Source: a virus (Duplodnaviria > Caudoviricetes). From it: a stretch of 64,000 bases of DNA. Below the pieces are notes generated by a model that saw nothing but the letters and a program-made list of their open reading frames with translations, had not been told where the DNA came from and did not search any database. Positions 38,576 to 46,321 of this stretch are shown in pieces; position 1 is the stretch's first letter; each line of letters starts with the position of its first letter. The translations under genes and the position numbers were made by a program. The stretch is taken from positions 32,001 to 96,000 of the IMG/VR virus record IMGVR_UViG_2772190672_000001. The stretch is one strand, 5' to 3'.

Positions 38576-38728
38576 TGTCCGGATGCTGTCCGGACGGAGT
38601 CCGGGTGCTGTCCGGACGGAGTCCGGGTGCTGTCCGGACACTGCGGGGCCGCTACCAGATGAGGGCGGCGTGACCTGCGCGGACACTGTCCGGACATCCC
38701 GTCCGGACGCTGTCCGGCCGGGTGTCCG
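38576..38728. repeat. Densest cluster of (T)GTCCGGAC(A) palindromic repeats, including a tandem ~23-bp duplication
   Basis: tgctgtccggacggagtccggg repeated; further clusters near 4872-4980, 39210-39263, 50192-50310, 61692-61842, 62326-62345. Confidence 0.85.
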
Positions 38729-39182
38729 CGTGCAGAACGATCGGGTTGCGCCGCCAACTGTCGTCCACCCACAGATGCACCCAGGGCCGCCCGGAGATCG
38801 AGCGCCCGTTCATCGGTGGGACCGGGCGGCCGGGGAGGACCCTGCGCCCGCTCCATGCGCCGTGGAACCAGATCCGGCCGGCCACGTTGGTGTAGCGCAT
38901 GCCGACCAGCTCGGAGAGGTCGAGCCCTTCGAGGGAGAGGTCCCGCAGCTCCTCGGCGAGCGAGCGGAGGGTCCAGGTGGACGTCCAGCCGAGCCGTTCG
39001 GCGCTGGCCTCGCGGAGCTGGCGCAGTTCCAGCGGGGTGAGCGGCTCGTCCTCGTAGCGGCGGTGGATCGCGTCGTCCAGCGCGCGGAAGAGGTGCCGGG
39101 GGGCGGCCTGGGTGTCGGTGTCGGGGAGGTAGGTGGCGGCGGCGGCGTAGACGCCCCGGATGGTGGTTTCGGTGACCTGCAT
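38652..39182 (-). CDS. Hypothetical protein
   Basis: GAAAGG RBS + ATG. Confidence 0.65.
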   Translation of the reverse strand: MQVTETTIRGVYAAAATYLPDTDTQAAPRHLFRALDDAIHRRYEDEPLTPLELRQLREASAERLGWTSTWTLRSLAEELRDLSLEGLDLSELVGMRYTNVAGRIWFHGAWSGRRVLPGRPVPPMNGRSISGRPWVHLWVDDSWRRNPIVLHADTRPDSVRTGCPDSVRAGHAALIW

Positions 39183-39268
39183 GGCGGCCTTTCGTGGGGG
39201 CGGAGGAGGGTCCGGACGGCGGCCGCTGAGCTGGGCGGACACTGTCCGGACGCCGTCCGGACAGTGGG

Positions 39269-39898
39269 TCAGGCGAAGTTGGTCTGGTCGGTGTGCTCGC
39301 CGCCGCGCTTCCAGATGAGCGCGCGGACGTGGGCCGCGGGGACCTCGTAGAAGAGGCGGCCGGGGAGCGGCTGGCCGTTGAGGCGGGTCAGCTGGAGTTC
39401 GCGCTCCTCCTGCTCCCAGGCGTCATCGGCGGGCGGTTCGATCGCCTCGGGCAGGTAGACGTCCACGTAGCCGCCGCCGGCGTCGGCCTTGATGGCGATG
39501 ACCTCGCCGTCGGCCAGGCGGATGCGGAGCATCGGGCGGCGGCCGGTGCCGGTGCCGTCGGTGACGGCCTGGTCGAAGCGGTCGGTGACGGGGGCGCTCT
39601 GGTCGGCGTGCTCGCCGCCGTGCTCCTCGATGAGCGTGCGGACTTTGGCCACGGCCACCTCGTAGAAGTAGCGGCCGTCGACCGGCTCGTCGCCGGCGGT
39701 CAGCCACGCCTCCCACGGGTCTTCCAGCTCCCAGCTCTCGCCGTCGGGGGTGCCGATCTCGTTCGGCAGGTAGACGTCCACGGTGGCCGCACAGGAGGCG
39801 GCCTTGATGCTGATGACCTGGCCGTCGGCGAGGCGGAGGTTGTAGTGGACGTCGTTGGTGCCGTCGGTGAGGAACTGCTCGAAGTGGGTGGCGGTCAT
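39269..39898 (-). CDS. Hypothetical protein made of two tandem homologous domains
   Basis: LRLADGQVISIKA..VDVYLP..FYEV..VR.LI..HGGEH.DQ repeated twice. Confidence 0.8.
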   Translation of the reverse strand: MTATHFEQFLTDGTNDVHYNLRLADGQVISIKAASCAATVDVYLPNEIGTPDGESWELEDPWEAWLTAGDEPVDGRYFYEVAVAKVRTLIEEHGGEHADQSAPVTDRFDQAVTDGTGTGRRPMLRIRLADGEVIAIKADAGGGYVDVYLPEAIEPPADDAWEQEERELQLTRLNGQPLPGRLFYEVPAAHVRALIWKRGGEHTDQTNFA

Positions 39899-39943
39899 GG
39901 CTGCTGCTCCGATCTGGGGTGGTGGGTGGTGACACCTTCTTCA

Positions 39944-39992
39944 CTGACCCCACCCATCGGGGTAACCTCATTACCCCGATGGATTTGGTCAA
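39944..39992. repeat. 49-bp element core, copy L
   Basis: CCATCGGGGTAA-CCTCA-TTACCCCGATGG. Confidence 0.95.
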
Positions 39993-40015
39993 GAAGTCGA
40001 CAAGGAAGCCGCCGG

Positions 40016-40630
40016 TCAGACCGAGGTGGCGGCGGCGGTGAAGGCGGCGTCCAGGGACTGGACGAAGTCCGCGCCGACGGCCGCGAGGTGGGCGGCCTGG
40101 CGAGCATCGGCCTGCTCGGCATTCTTGGCGTGGGCGGCCAGGCCGCACGAGCACCAGGCGGTCGTGCGGTCGCTGGATTCCATGCGCTGATGCTTGGCGG
40201 CCACCAGGCTGAGGCGAGCAGACAGGGTGAGCCGCAGGTGCTCGTTGTCGCCGTTGAGGAGGAAGCCCTGCGCGAGGAGCCGGTCGGCCTGGCTGGGCGG
40301 AATTTCGTACGAGCCGGCCGCGATGACGGGCATCGTGTACCGCTCGGAGTCGACGAGCCGGACGGCGGGGACGGAGGCGATGACCCGCAGGTTGGCCAAG
40401 TCGTAGTCGCTGGGGTCGGCGGGGACCCGCGGGGTGAGGGTGATGGAGCGCACGACCCGGGCACGGGTGGCGGGGTCGATCCGACGCCAGCGGATGACGG
40501 CGCCGCCGGTGCGCTGGGGCTCGATGGCGTAGCCGCGGTTACAGGCCCGGCGCAGGAGGAGCAGGGCGTGGGGCTCACTGACGCTGCCGGTGGTGATGCT
40601 GCTGCCGCTGTCGACGGTCTCGGTGAACAT
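40016..40630 (-). CDS. Hypothetical protein with C-terminal CSCG...H motif
   Basis: AAGGAG RBS + ATG. Confidence 0.7.
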   Translation of the reverse strand: MFTETVDSGSSITTGSVSEPHALLLLRRACNRGYAIEPQRTGGAVIRWRRIDPATRARVVRSITLTPRVPADPSDYDLANLRVIASVPAVRLVDSERYTMPVIAAGSYEIPPSQADRLLAQGFLLNGDNEHLRLTLSARLSLVAAKHQRMESSDRTTAWCSCGLAAHAKNAEQADARQAAHLAAVGADFVQSLDAAFTAAATSV

Positions 40631-40708
40631 AGTGGCCGCTCCTTGCTGTCGGGGTGGGCCCGGCCGGGTCCGTGGCCGAGCCCTGGGTGGTGTGTCGTAC
40701 ATTCATCC

Positions 40709-40757
40709 TTGACCAAGCCCAACCGGTTAACCTCCCTACACCGGCCGATTTGGTCAA
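40709..40757. repeat. 49-bp element core, copy M
   Basis: TTGACCAA...CCGGTTAAC-CTC...CCGG..ATTTGGTCAA. Confidence 0.9.
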
Positions 40758-40780
40758 GGGATCGACAAGGAAGCTGCTGG

Positions 40781-41164
40781 TCAGCGGTCCAGCTTGCCGA
40801 ACATGACGTCGGCCACGGACGGGCCCGGCCTGCCCGAGCCGGGCAGCTTCCCGTACAGCGCTCCCTCGCCGGGGCCGCGCTCGTCGTCCGGCTCGGGCTG
40901 CCGCTCCGCCTGCTCGGGCCCGGCCTCCTCGACCGGCGCGCCGTGGCGGGCGAACAGGGCCTTCAGCTTGTCGTCGTCCTCCAGCAGCTCGCGCACGACC
41001 TTGCCGGTGGCCTCGCTGTGTTCGTCGCAGGTGGCGAGCCCGTAGCCGCTGCTGGCGTACACCAGCAGGTACGCCTCGACGCTCTCACCGCCCAGCAGGT
41101 GGCGGACGCACTGCATCGGGGTGCTGATGCGGTGCTCGTAGGTGCGGATCCAGTTGATGTTCAT
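40781..41164 (-). CDS. Hypothetical protein
   Basis: GAAGGGA RBS; high GC3. Confidence 0.7.
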   Translation of the reverse strand: MNINWIRTYEHRISTPMQCVRHLLGGESVEAYLLVYASSGYGLATCDEHSEATGKVVRELLEDDDKLKALFARHGAPVEEAGPEQAERQPEPDDERGPGEGALYGKLPGSGRPGPSVADVMFGKLDR

Positions 41165-41200
41165 GGCGGTCCCTTCGGGTGGGGTGGTGGGGTGGTGGGG

Positions 41201-42127
41201 TCAGGTGCGGAGGTGGCGGTCGGCGTGGGCGTCCAGCCAGATGGCCAGGCGCAGCGCGGCCTCCGCGCACTCGGCGGCCAGGCTGAGCCCGGACGGGGAC
41301 TCGAAGACCTCGGCGACGTGGCCGCCGTCGCTGTCGTACAGGTGGCCCGCCCATGGCTCGTCGTGCTCGCCGGCGGCCCGCATGGCGTGCTCGCCGGAAG
41401 AGATCAGCACGCGCGGCCCGGTGTGGGCCTCGCCCTCGTCGGCGCTGCGGTCGACGGCCACCAGGGCGCAGGAGACGCCGCGGTCCTCGTGCAGGAAGGC
41501 CGGGATGCCGAACTCGTTGAGGGCGACCACGAGCTTCCCGCCCTCGTGGGTGCGGGCCCGTGCGGCGGCCTTCTCGGCGTAACTGCGCTGCGCGGCCAGG
41601 TGGTACGGGATCACGCTCTGGTTGCACGGGCGGGCGTTGTCGACGGCGACCACCTTCGCGAGTTGCTCGCGCTTGTAGTGGATGGCGGTCAGGGCGCGCA
41701 GCGCCCAGGCCACGGCCTCGTCGTCGTCCGAGTCGAGCCCGCCGCTGTGGATGACGGTGTTGCGGCGCTTCAGGAGCTCGAAGTCGTCCCGGGCGAGCTT
41801 CTCGCTGACCGCGCCGAGCGGTTTGAGGTCGCCGACCTGGCCGAGGGCGGGGGCGACCGCGTAGTCCAGACCGGCCGGGGAGAGGTGGAAGTCATGCGCC
41901 TCCATGAGGTCGCGGGCCTCCTGCAGAACCTCCAGCGTCTCGACGGGCAGCCGGCGGCCGTCCTCGATCGGGTAGGTCGGTGCGGTCAGTGAGGCGAAGC
42001 GGAGGTGGGCGACGAGGCGGCCGATGTAGGCGCGGTCGGGGTGGTGGGCGCGGTCCTGGACGATCCCGGCGAGGATGCGCAGCCGTCGGGCGACGGTCTC
42101 GGTGGCGGTGGCGGTGGCGGTGGTCAC
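41201..42127 (-). CDS. Hypothetical protein
   Basis: GAAGGAG RBS + GTG. Confidence 0.7.
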   Translation of the reverse strand: MTTATATATETVARRLRILAGIVQDRAHHPDRAYIGRLVAHLRFASLTAPTYPIEDGRRLPVETLEVLQEARDLMEAHDFHLSPAGLDYAVAPALGQVGDLKPLGAVSEKLARDDFELLKRRNTVIHSGGLDSDDDEAVAWALRALTAIHYKREQLAKVVAVDNARPCNQSVIPYHLAAQRSYAEKAAARARTHEGGKLVVALNEFGIPAFLHEDRGVSCALVAVDRSADEGEAHTGPRVLISSGEHAMRAAGEHDEPWAGHLYDSDGGHVAEVFESPSGLSLAAECAEAALRLAIWLDAHADRHLRT

Positions 42128-42149
42128 GGTGCTCCTTCCGGTGGTGTGG

Positions 42150-42620
42150 TCAAGCCCAGCGGCGCAGGGCGGACTGGCGGCGGCCGCGGTAGGGCACCGC
42201 GGCATCGGGGTGCTGGCGGGTGATGTGGTCGAAGGCCGCCTGGCGGGCTCCGTCGCGGGTGGTGGAGGAGCGGCCGATGGTCGGGCAGTCGAAGTTGTAG
42301 CCGTCGGCGGCGACGGTCTCGCCGGTGATGACGTGGACCTCGCAGCGCCAGATCCACCGGCCGCGCCGGCTGCCGGGCTCCTGCCGGTAGGAGACGAGCG
42401 CGACGGGGGCCGGGGCGCCCACGGCCTCCAGCAGGCTCTCGGTGAGAGCGCCGTTGCGCTGGTCGAAGTGAAGGAGCTGGGGGCGGATCTCGTACCAGCG
42501 CAGGTTCAGCGGCGGCCATTGGTCGACGGGCACCGGCTGGTCGTCGGGCAGGAAGTCACCGGGGGCGGCCAGGTCGGGCCAGTCCCGCCGGACGGTGTGG
42601 AGGTGGGGCAGCTTGTTCAC
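42150..42620 (-). CDS. Hypothetical protein
   Basis: GAAGGA RBS + GTG. Confidence 0.6.
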   Translation of the reverse strand: MNKLPHLHTVRRDWPDLAAPGDFLPDDQPVPVDQWPPLNLRWYEIRPQLLHFDQRNGALTESLLEAVGAPAPVALVSYRQEPGSRRGRWIWRCEVHVITGETVAADGYNFDCPTIGRSSTTRDGARQAAFDHITRQHPDAAVPYRGRRQSALRRWA

Positions 42621-42640
42621 GGGGGTCCTTCCGTGGTCGG

Positions 42641-42796
42641 TCAGTAGGAGGCGAGGCAGGAGCAGACGGTCTTCCAGCCGAACTGGTCGACCTCGATCTG
42701 GTCGCCGCAGCCGTCGCAGCGGGTGGTGCGCCAGCGGGACGGCTCGGGCTGCTCGATGGCGTTTCGGATCTCGGGGGGCTTGGTCTGATCCGGCAT
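42641..42796 (-). CDS. Small zinc-ribbon protein
   Basis: CDGCG...CSC. Confidence 0.55.
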   Translation of the reverse strand: MPDQTKPPEIRNAIEQPEPSRWRTTRCDGCGDQIEVDQFGWKTVCSCLASY

Positions 42797-42807
42797 GGGG
42801 AGCCCTC

Positions 42808-43161
42808 TCAGCTGGCCAGCGCGATCATGTGCGCGGCGATTCGGTGCTTGCAGTCGCACTTCGACCGGAGTCCGGCCGGGCAGGTGCAGGCGGAGTGGGT
42901 GGTGCGGTAGGCGGTGCTGCCGTCGCTGCTGACCGCGAGGAACACGCGGTTCTTGCCGGTGTCGCGGAGGTGGATGATCCCGCCCTGTTCCAGCAACTCG
43001 ACCGCCCGCTCGACCAGGTGGGTCTTGTAGCGGCGGGTGATCTGCTCGGAGCGTCCGGCCTTGCGCACCATCCGCCTGCACTTGGGCCCGAGACCGTCGG
43101 GCGAGGTGTTGCGGAGCCGCGTGTGGCATCGCGTGCACCGGGTCTCCGGCTTGTTGTCCAT
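42808..43161 (-). CDS. Zinc-finger protein with SWIM domain
   Basis: CTRC...GLGPKC N-terminus; CTCPAG....CKH (SWIM). Confidence 0.8.
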   Translation of the reverse strand: MDNKPETRCTRCHTRLRNTSPDGLGPKCRRMVRKAGRSEQITRRYKTHLVERAVELLEQGGIIHLRDTGKNRVFLAVSSDGSTAYRTTHSACTCPAGLRSKCDCKHRIAAHMIALAS

Positions 43162-43202
43162 GGCGGCTCCCTTGGGGTGGGTGGTGTGTCGTGCATTCAT
43201 CA

Positions 43203-43251
43203 TTGACCGAATAATCCGGGATTACCGTGTTATCCTGGTTTATTTGGTCAA
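43203..43251. repeat. 49-bp element core, copy N
   Basis: TTGACCGAATAA...GGGATTAC-CGT-GTTATCC...TTATTTGGTCAA. Confidence 0.9.
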
Positions 43252-43304
43252 AGAATCTTCAAGGGATGAGTACTCCGCCGCAGGTCAGCGGCGGGGCGCC
43301 CACC

Positions 43305-44069
43305 TCAGTCGGTCAGCTCGGCGATCAGCACCGTGGCGTTGTCCACGTACTTCCACTCGCCCTCCGGCCGGCTCTTGCGGGACGTCTCCACGGCCAGGTC
43401 CACGAAGCCCTGCGCGATGCCCCGCAGGTCACCGTCGTCCAGCTCCACGTACAGGTCATGCCCGGCCTCGTCGTGCGGCTCGTACGCGCCGTCGCTGGCC
43501 AGGACAAGGCGGTCGCCGTCGACCAGCGGGCGGGCGGCGGCCTCGATCGCCGGGTGGCCGTAGATGTCCAGGGCTTCCTGGTCGGTGTAGACGGCCCCCA
43601 GGTAGGAGGTGATGACGTTGCGGCTGCCGCCCTCGGGGTTGGTGGCGGCGGGCGGGAGGACCCGGCGCTCGTTGTGGTCGTCGGTCAGCCGGTAGGCGAT
43701 GCCGCGCCGGAGCAGGTAGGCGCGGGAGTCCCCGGCCCAGGCCAGGCCGAGGGAACGGCCGGGGGCGGCGACCGCGACGACGGCGGCCGCGCTGGGCATG
43801 TACCGCCGGGTGTACGGGTCCTGACGGTCGGGGTCGGCCGCGATCTCCTCGTAGAGGGAGCGCAGGGCGCTCTCGGCGTCGCCGCGGCGGGCGGCCCGGA
43901 TGGCGAGGCGGGCGGCCGTCCGGCGGGTCCAGTCGCGGATCGCCTCGGAGGTGCCGATGCCGTCGAGGACCACGTAGGCGCGGGTGCCGTCGGGGGCGGT
44001 ACGGACGGCTGCCGCGTCGCACTGGAGGCCCCTGCCGCCGGTGTTCTGGGCGGTCGCGTAACTGCGCAT
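43305..44069 (-). CDS. PP2C-family Ser/Thr phosphatase
   Basis: VVLDGIG, AWAGDSRAY, LTDDH, LASDG, DNAT. Confidence 0.9.
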   Translation of the reverse strand: MRSYATAQNTGGRGLQCDAAAVRTAPDGTRAYVVLDGIGTSEAIRDWTRRTAARLAIRAARRGDAESALRSLYEEIAADPDRQDPYTRRYMPSAAAVVAVAAPGRSLGLAWAGDSRAYLLRRGIAYRLTDDHNERRVLPPAATNPEGGSRNVITSYLGAVYTDQEALDIYGHPAIEAAARPLVDGDRLVLASDGAYEPHDEAGHDLYVELDDGDLRGIAQGFVDLAVETSRKSRPEGEWKYVDNATVLIAELTD

Positions 44070-44142
44070 GGATCGTTCTCCGTTCAGTGAGGGGTGAGGG
44101 GGCGCCGCGCGGCCGGGTGGCCGCGCGGCGCCGTCGGCTCGG

Positions 44143-44631
44143 TCAGGCGCGCTCGCCGGCGGGGCGGACGCAGGTCTCGTGGGTGTGGCAGTTGCACTTC
44201 CCGCAGCCCGCGCACATCTGCCCGGCCTCCAACCCGCAAGGGCCGCAGCCGCCGGTCGCGTCCAGCTCGGCGTCGTCGAGCGCACAGGTCAGGTCGGCGG
44301 CTGCGGCCAGACTGAAGCGGGGGCGGGGTTTGCACGAGCCGTCGCAGGTCTCGGGGCCACCGAGGAGCACGCCGTCCTCGCCGGCGTGACCGTCGCAGCC
44401 CGCGGGGTCTCGGACGATCACGGTGACGTCGTGGACCTTGAGCGTGGCCTCGCCACGGATGGCCCAGTCCGAGGCGATGCCGCCGACGATGGCGATCATC
44501 TCGCGGTCGTTGGTGGTGGGCTTGCCCTGAGCGCGGGCGACGCCCCAGACGATGTTCCGCAGCTCGCCCTGGCGGTCGGCGAAGTAGGTGCGGTCCTCGA
44601 TGCCGGGGTGCTCGATGGTGACTTCGAACAT
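44143..44631 (-). CDS. Hypothetical protein with Cys-rich C-terminus
   Basis: GAAGGAG RBS; CGPCG..CAGCGKCNCH. Confidence 0.7.
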   Translation of the reverse strand: MFEVTIEHPGIEDRTYFADRQGELRNIVWGVARAQGKPTTNDREMIAIVGGIASDWAIRGEATLKVHDVTVIVRDPAGCDGHAGEDGVLLGGPETCDGSCKPRPRFSLAAAADLTCALDDAELDATGGCGPCGLEAGQMCAGCGKCNCHTHETCVRPAGERA

Positions 44632-44669
44632 GGGCTGCTCCTTCGTGGGTGGGTGTTCCTTGCCCATCT

Positions 44670-44719
44670 TGGACCATGTGGACCAGGATTGTGGACGTTA
44701 TCCCAAATAAGTTGGTCGA
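44670..44719. repeat. Degenerate element core, copy O (50 bp)
   Basis: TGGACC...GTTATCCC..TTGGTCGA; upstream TGA 23 nt away as in other copies. Confidence 0.55.
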
Positions 44720-44741
44720 AAAGTGGTGGGTTGACGGCCGT

Positions 44742-44912
44742 TCAGGCGCCCAGGTCGCAGCGCTCGCAGAAGACGATGCCGCTGCCGTCGATGAGGCAGA
44801 CCAGTTCGCGCCCGCAGTCGCACATGCCGAGGTCGGGCAGTTCCGGCAGCGGCTGGGTGATCCGGATGGCCGGAATGCTGACGGTGGTGGCCGCAATGAT
44901 GGGGGCGCTCAT
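44742..44912 (-). CDS. Small zinc-ribbon protein, first gene of the array
   Basis: CDCG...FCERC; GGGAGGG RBS; resembles 24417-24635. Confidence 0.65.
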   Translation of the reverse strand: MSAPIIAATTVSIPAIRITQPLPELPDLGMCDCGRELVCLIDGSGIVFCERCDLGA

Positions 44913-45077
44913 CGGTCCCTCCCTGGGGTGTCGTGCTGTTTGTCGTACTTCATTCCTCCCCCACCCACCGTTGTCCACCCTCATTTGGGCGAGAAAATGC
45001 CACGTCAAACCGGGTTTGACCTTGCCTTTGGTCGGTCATCCGTGTTTACCCCGGAGGCCTTGTGCAAGACTCGCGGT

Positions 45078-45689
45078 ATGGCCACCACCGACAGCCCGCC
45101 CCCGAGCGGCTACCAGCCCAGCGACCGGCTCAGGGAACGCCTCGCCGCCTGGCGGACCATCGTGGACGAGACGGAGCCGCAGGCCCGCGAGGCGCTGCTT
45201 GCGGGCATCGCGCGGGAGCTGACGGAGAACGTGCGGCTGAACCTGCCGACGCTCGCCGAGCACCTGCCGTGGTCAGACGAGAACATTCGCCTCCTGATGG
45301 CCGGCCGGGGCGTGCCGCCGCGCGAGCGGCACCGCAAGGAGGAGGGCGACCCGCCGGTCTACACGCCCAGCGAGCAGCTCCGCGACCTGCTCGCCGACTG
45401 GCACCAGGTCCTGGACGGCGAGAAGAAGGCCCGCGCGGCGGTGGACGAGGCCATTGCCGACGACTTGAAGGCGAACCCGACCCTGACCAACGCGGAGATG
45501 GCGGACCATGTCCCGTGGGCTGAGGAGCAGGTGCGGCTCATCGCTCGCGCGCACAACGTGCCGCGCCGCCGTAAGCGGGGCTCGGAGCACAAGCTGATCG
45601 AGGACAAGGGGCGCCCGAAGTCGGTCGTTGTCCCGTACGACTGGTACGTCCAGCAGCCGGGCGCGGACCCGAGCATCGTGAAGCGGTAA
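45078..45689 (+). CDS. Tandem-repeat HTH-like regulator, divergent from the array
   Basis: Two repeats Y.PS..LR..LA.W...LAEHLPWSDENIRL / MADHVPWAEEQVRL; Phd-like tail GRPKSVVVPYDWY; no RBS, possibly leaderless. Confidence 0.65.
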   Translation: MATTDSPPPSGYQPSDRLRERLAAWRTIVDETEPQAREALLAGIARELTENVRLNLPTLAEHLPWSDENIRLLMAGRGVPPRERHRKEEGDPPVYTPSEQLRDLLADWHQVLDGEKKARAAVDEAIADDLKANPTLTNAEMADHVPWAEEQVRLIARAHNVPRRRKRGSEHKLIEDKGRPKSVVVPYDWYVQQPGADPSIVKR

Positions 45690-45698
45690 CGGACACCT

Positions 45699-45751
45699 GC
45701 GAACGCCGAAGGGGCCGCACGCGAAATGCGTGCGGCCCCTTCGGCGTTCGC
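45699..45751. terminator. Perfect 24-bp-stem hairpin between convergent genes
   Basis: GCGAACGCCGAAGGGGCCGCACGC-GAAAT-GCGTGCGGCCCCTTCGGCGTTCGC. Confidence 0.85.
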
Positions 45752-45755
45752 GCCG

Positions 45756-46007
45756 TCAGACGAGTCCGAGAATCTTCGCGCCGAATGCGAGGAGCATGAT
45801 CACGGCGAATGCGACGACGGCTGAACGCTCGCCACCCTGAGGGGCACGGAGTTCACCGGACGTCAGAATGCATTCCCCCACCGGGTGCAGACCGCCGTGC
45901 CTTTTGTGGCGGTGATCTTCCCCGACGTCGTCCGCCGTGCGCTTCAAGAAGTACGGGTCGGATTCCAGGTTGCACGCCGGGCAGAAGTAGCGGTACGGGC
46001 CGAGCAC
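45756..46007 (-). CDS. Small Zn-binding membrane-anchored protein
   Basis: CPAC...HRHKRH; C-terminal TM; AGGAG RBS. Confidence 0.6.
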   Translation of the reverse strand: MLGPYRYFCPACNLESDPYFLKRTADDVGEDHRHKRHGGLHPVGECILTSGELRAPQGGERSAVVAFAVIMLLAFGAKILGLV

Positions 46008-46321
46008 GGCCTTCTCCTGGTGGACTTGGACGGTTAGGACGTTTTCACGGTAGCGGCAGCGACCTGGCCGACGCATCAACTCCGCTTATTTTCGAGGCGT
46101 TATCGAACGGACTCGGGCGGCCGCCAACCCCTCCCCTCACCCCGGTAGGGAGGTAGGTAGGCGGTAGTAAGTAGGGGTACGGGGCCTCTTCCGGGGCGGG
46201 GGAGGGGAGGGGGCCGCACCACTCCCCTACAGCCGGCCGAACGGCACCCATGACGGGCCCCCCGTACGGGCCCGTGTGCGGGGCCTGGGCGGGGGCCGGA
46301 ATCCGGGCCGAACGGGGCCGG

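Noticed and set aside
4961-41992. Long plus-strand ORFs (e.g. 4961-8566, 13836-17090, 22831-25827, 39293-41992)
   Set aside because: Antisense shadows of real minus-strand genes, typical of high-GC DNA; no motifs or RBS.
20060-44670. Conserved ATGAA in the element as a shared N-terminal leader or start codon
   Set aside because: In frame with the downstream gene in only about half of the copies; each gene has its own RBS further downstream.
20085-44719. Repeat array as CRISPR
   Set aside because: Repeats are separated by 0.5-3.3 kb of intact genes rather than 30-40-bp spacers, copies are divergent, and no cas genes are present.
20085-44719. Repeat as canonical integron attC
   Set aside because: AAC/GTT lie at the hairpin centre rather than as RYYYAAC...GTTRRRY ends, and no IntI is in the window; kept only as an analogy.
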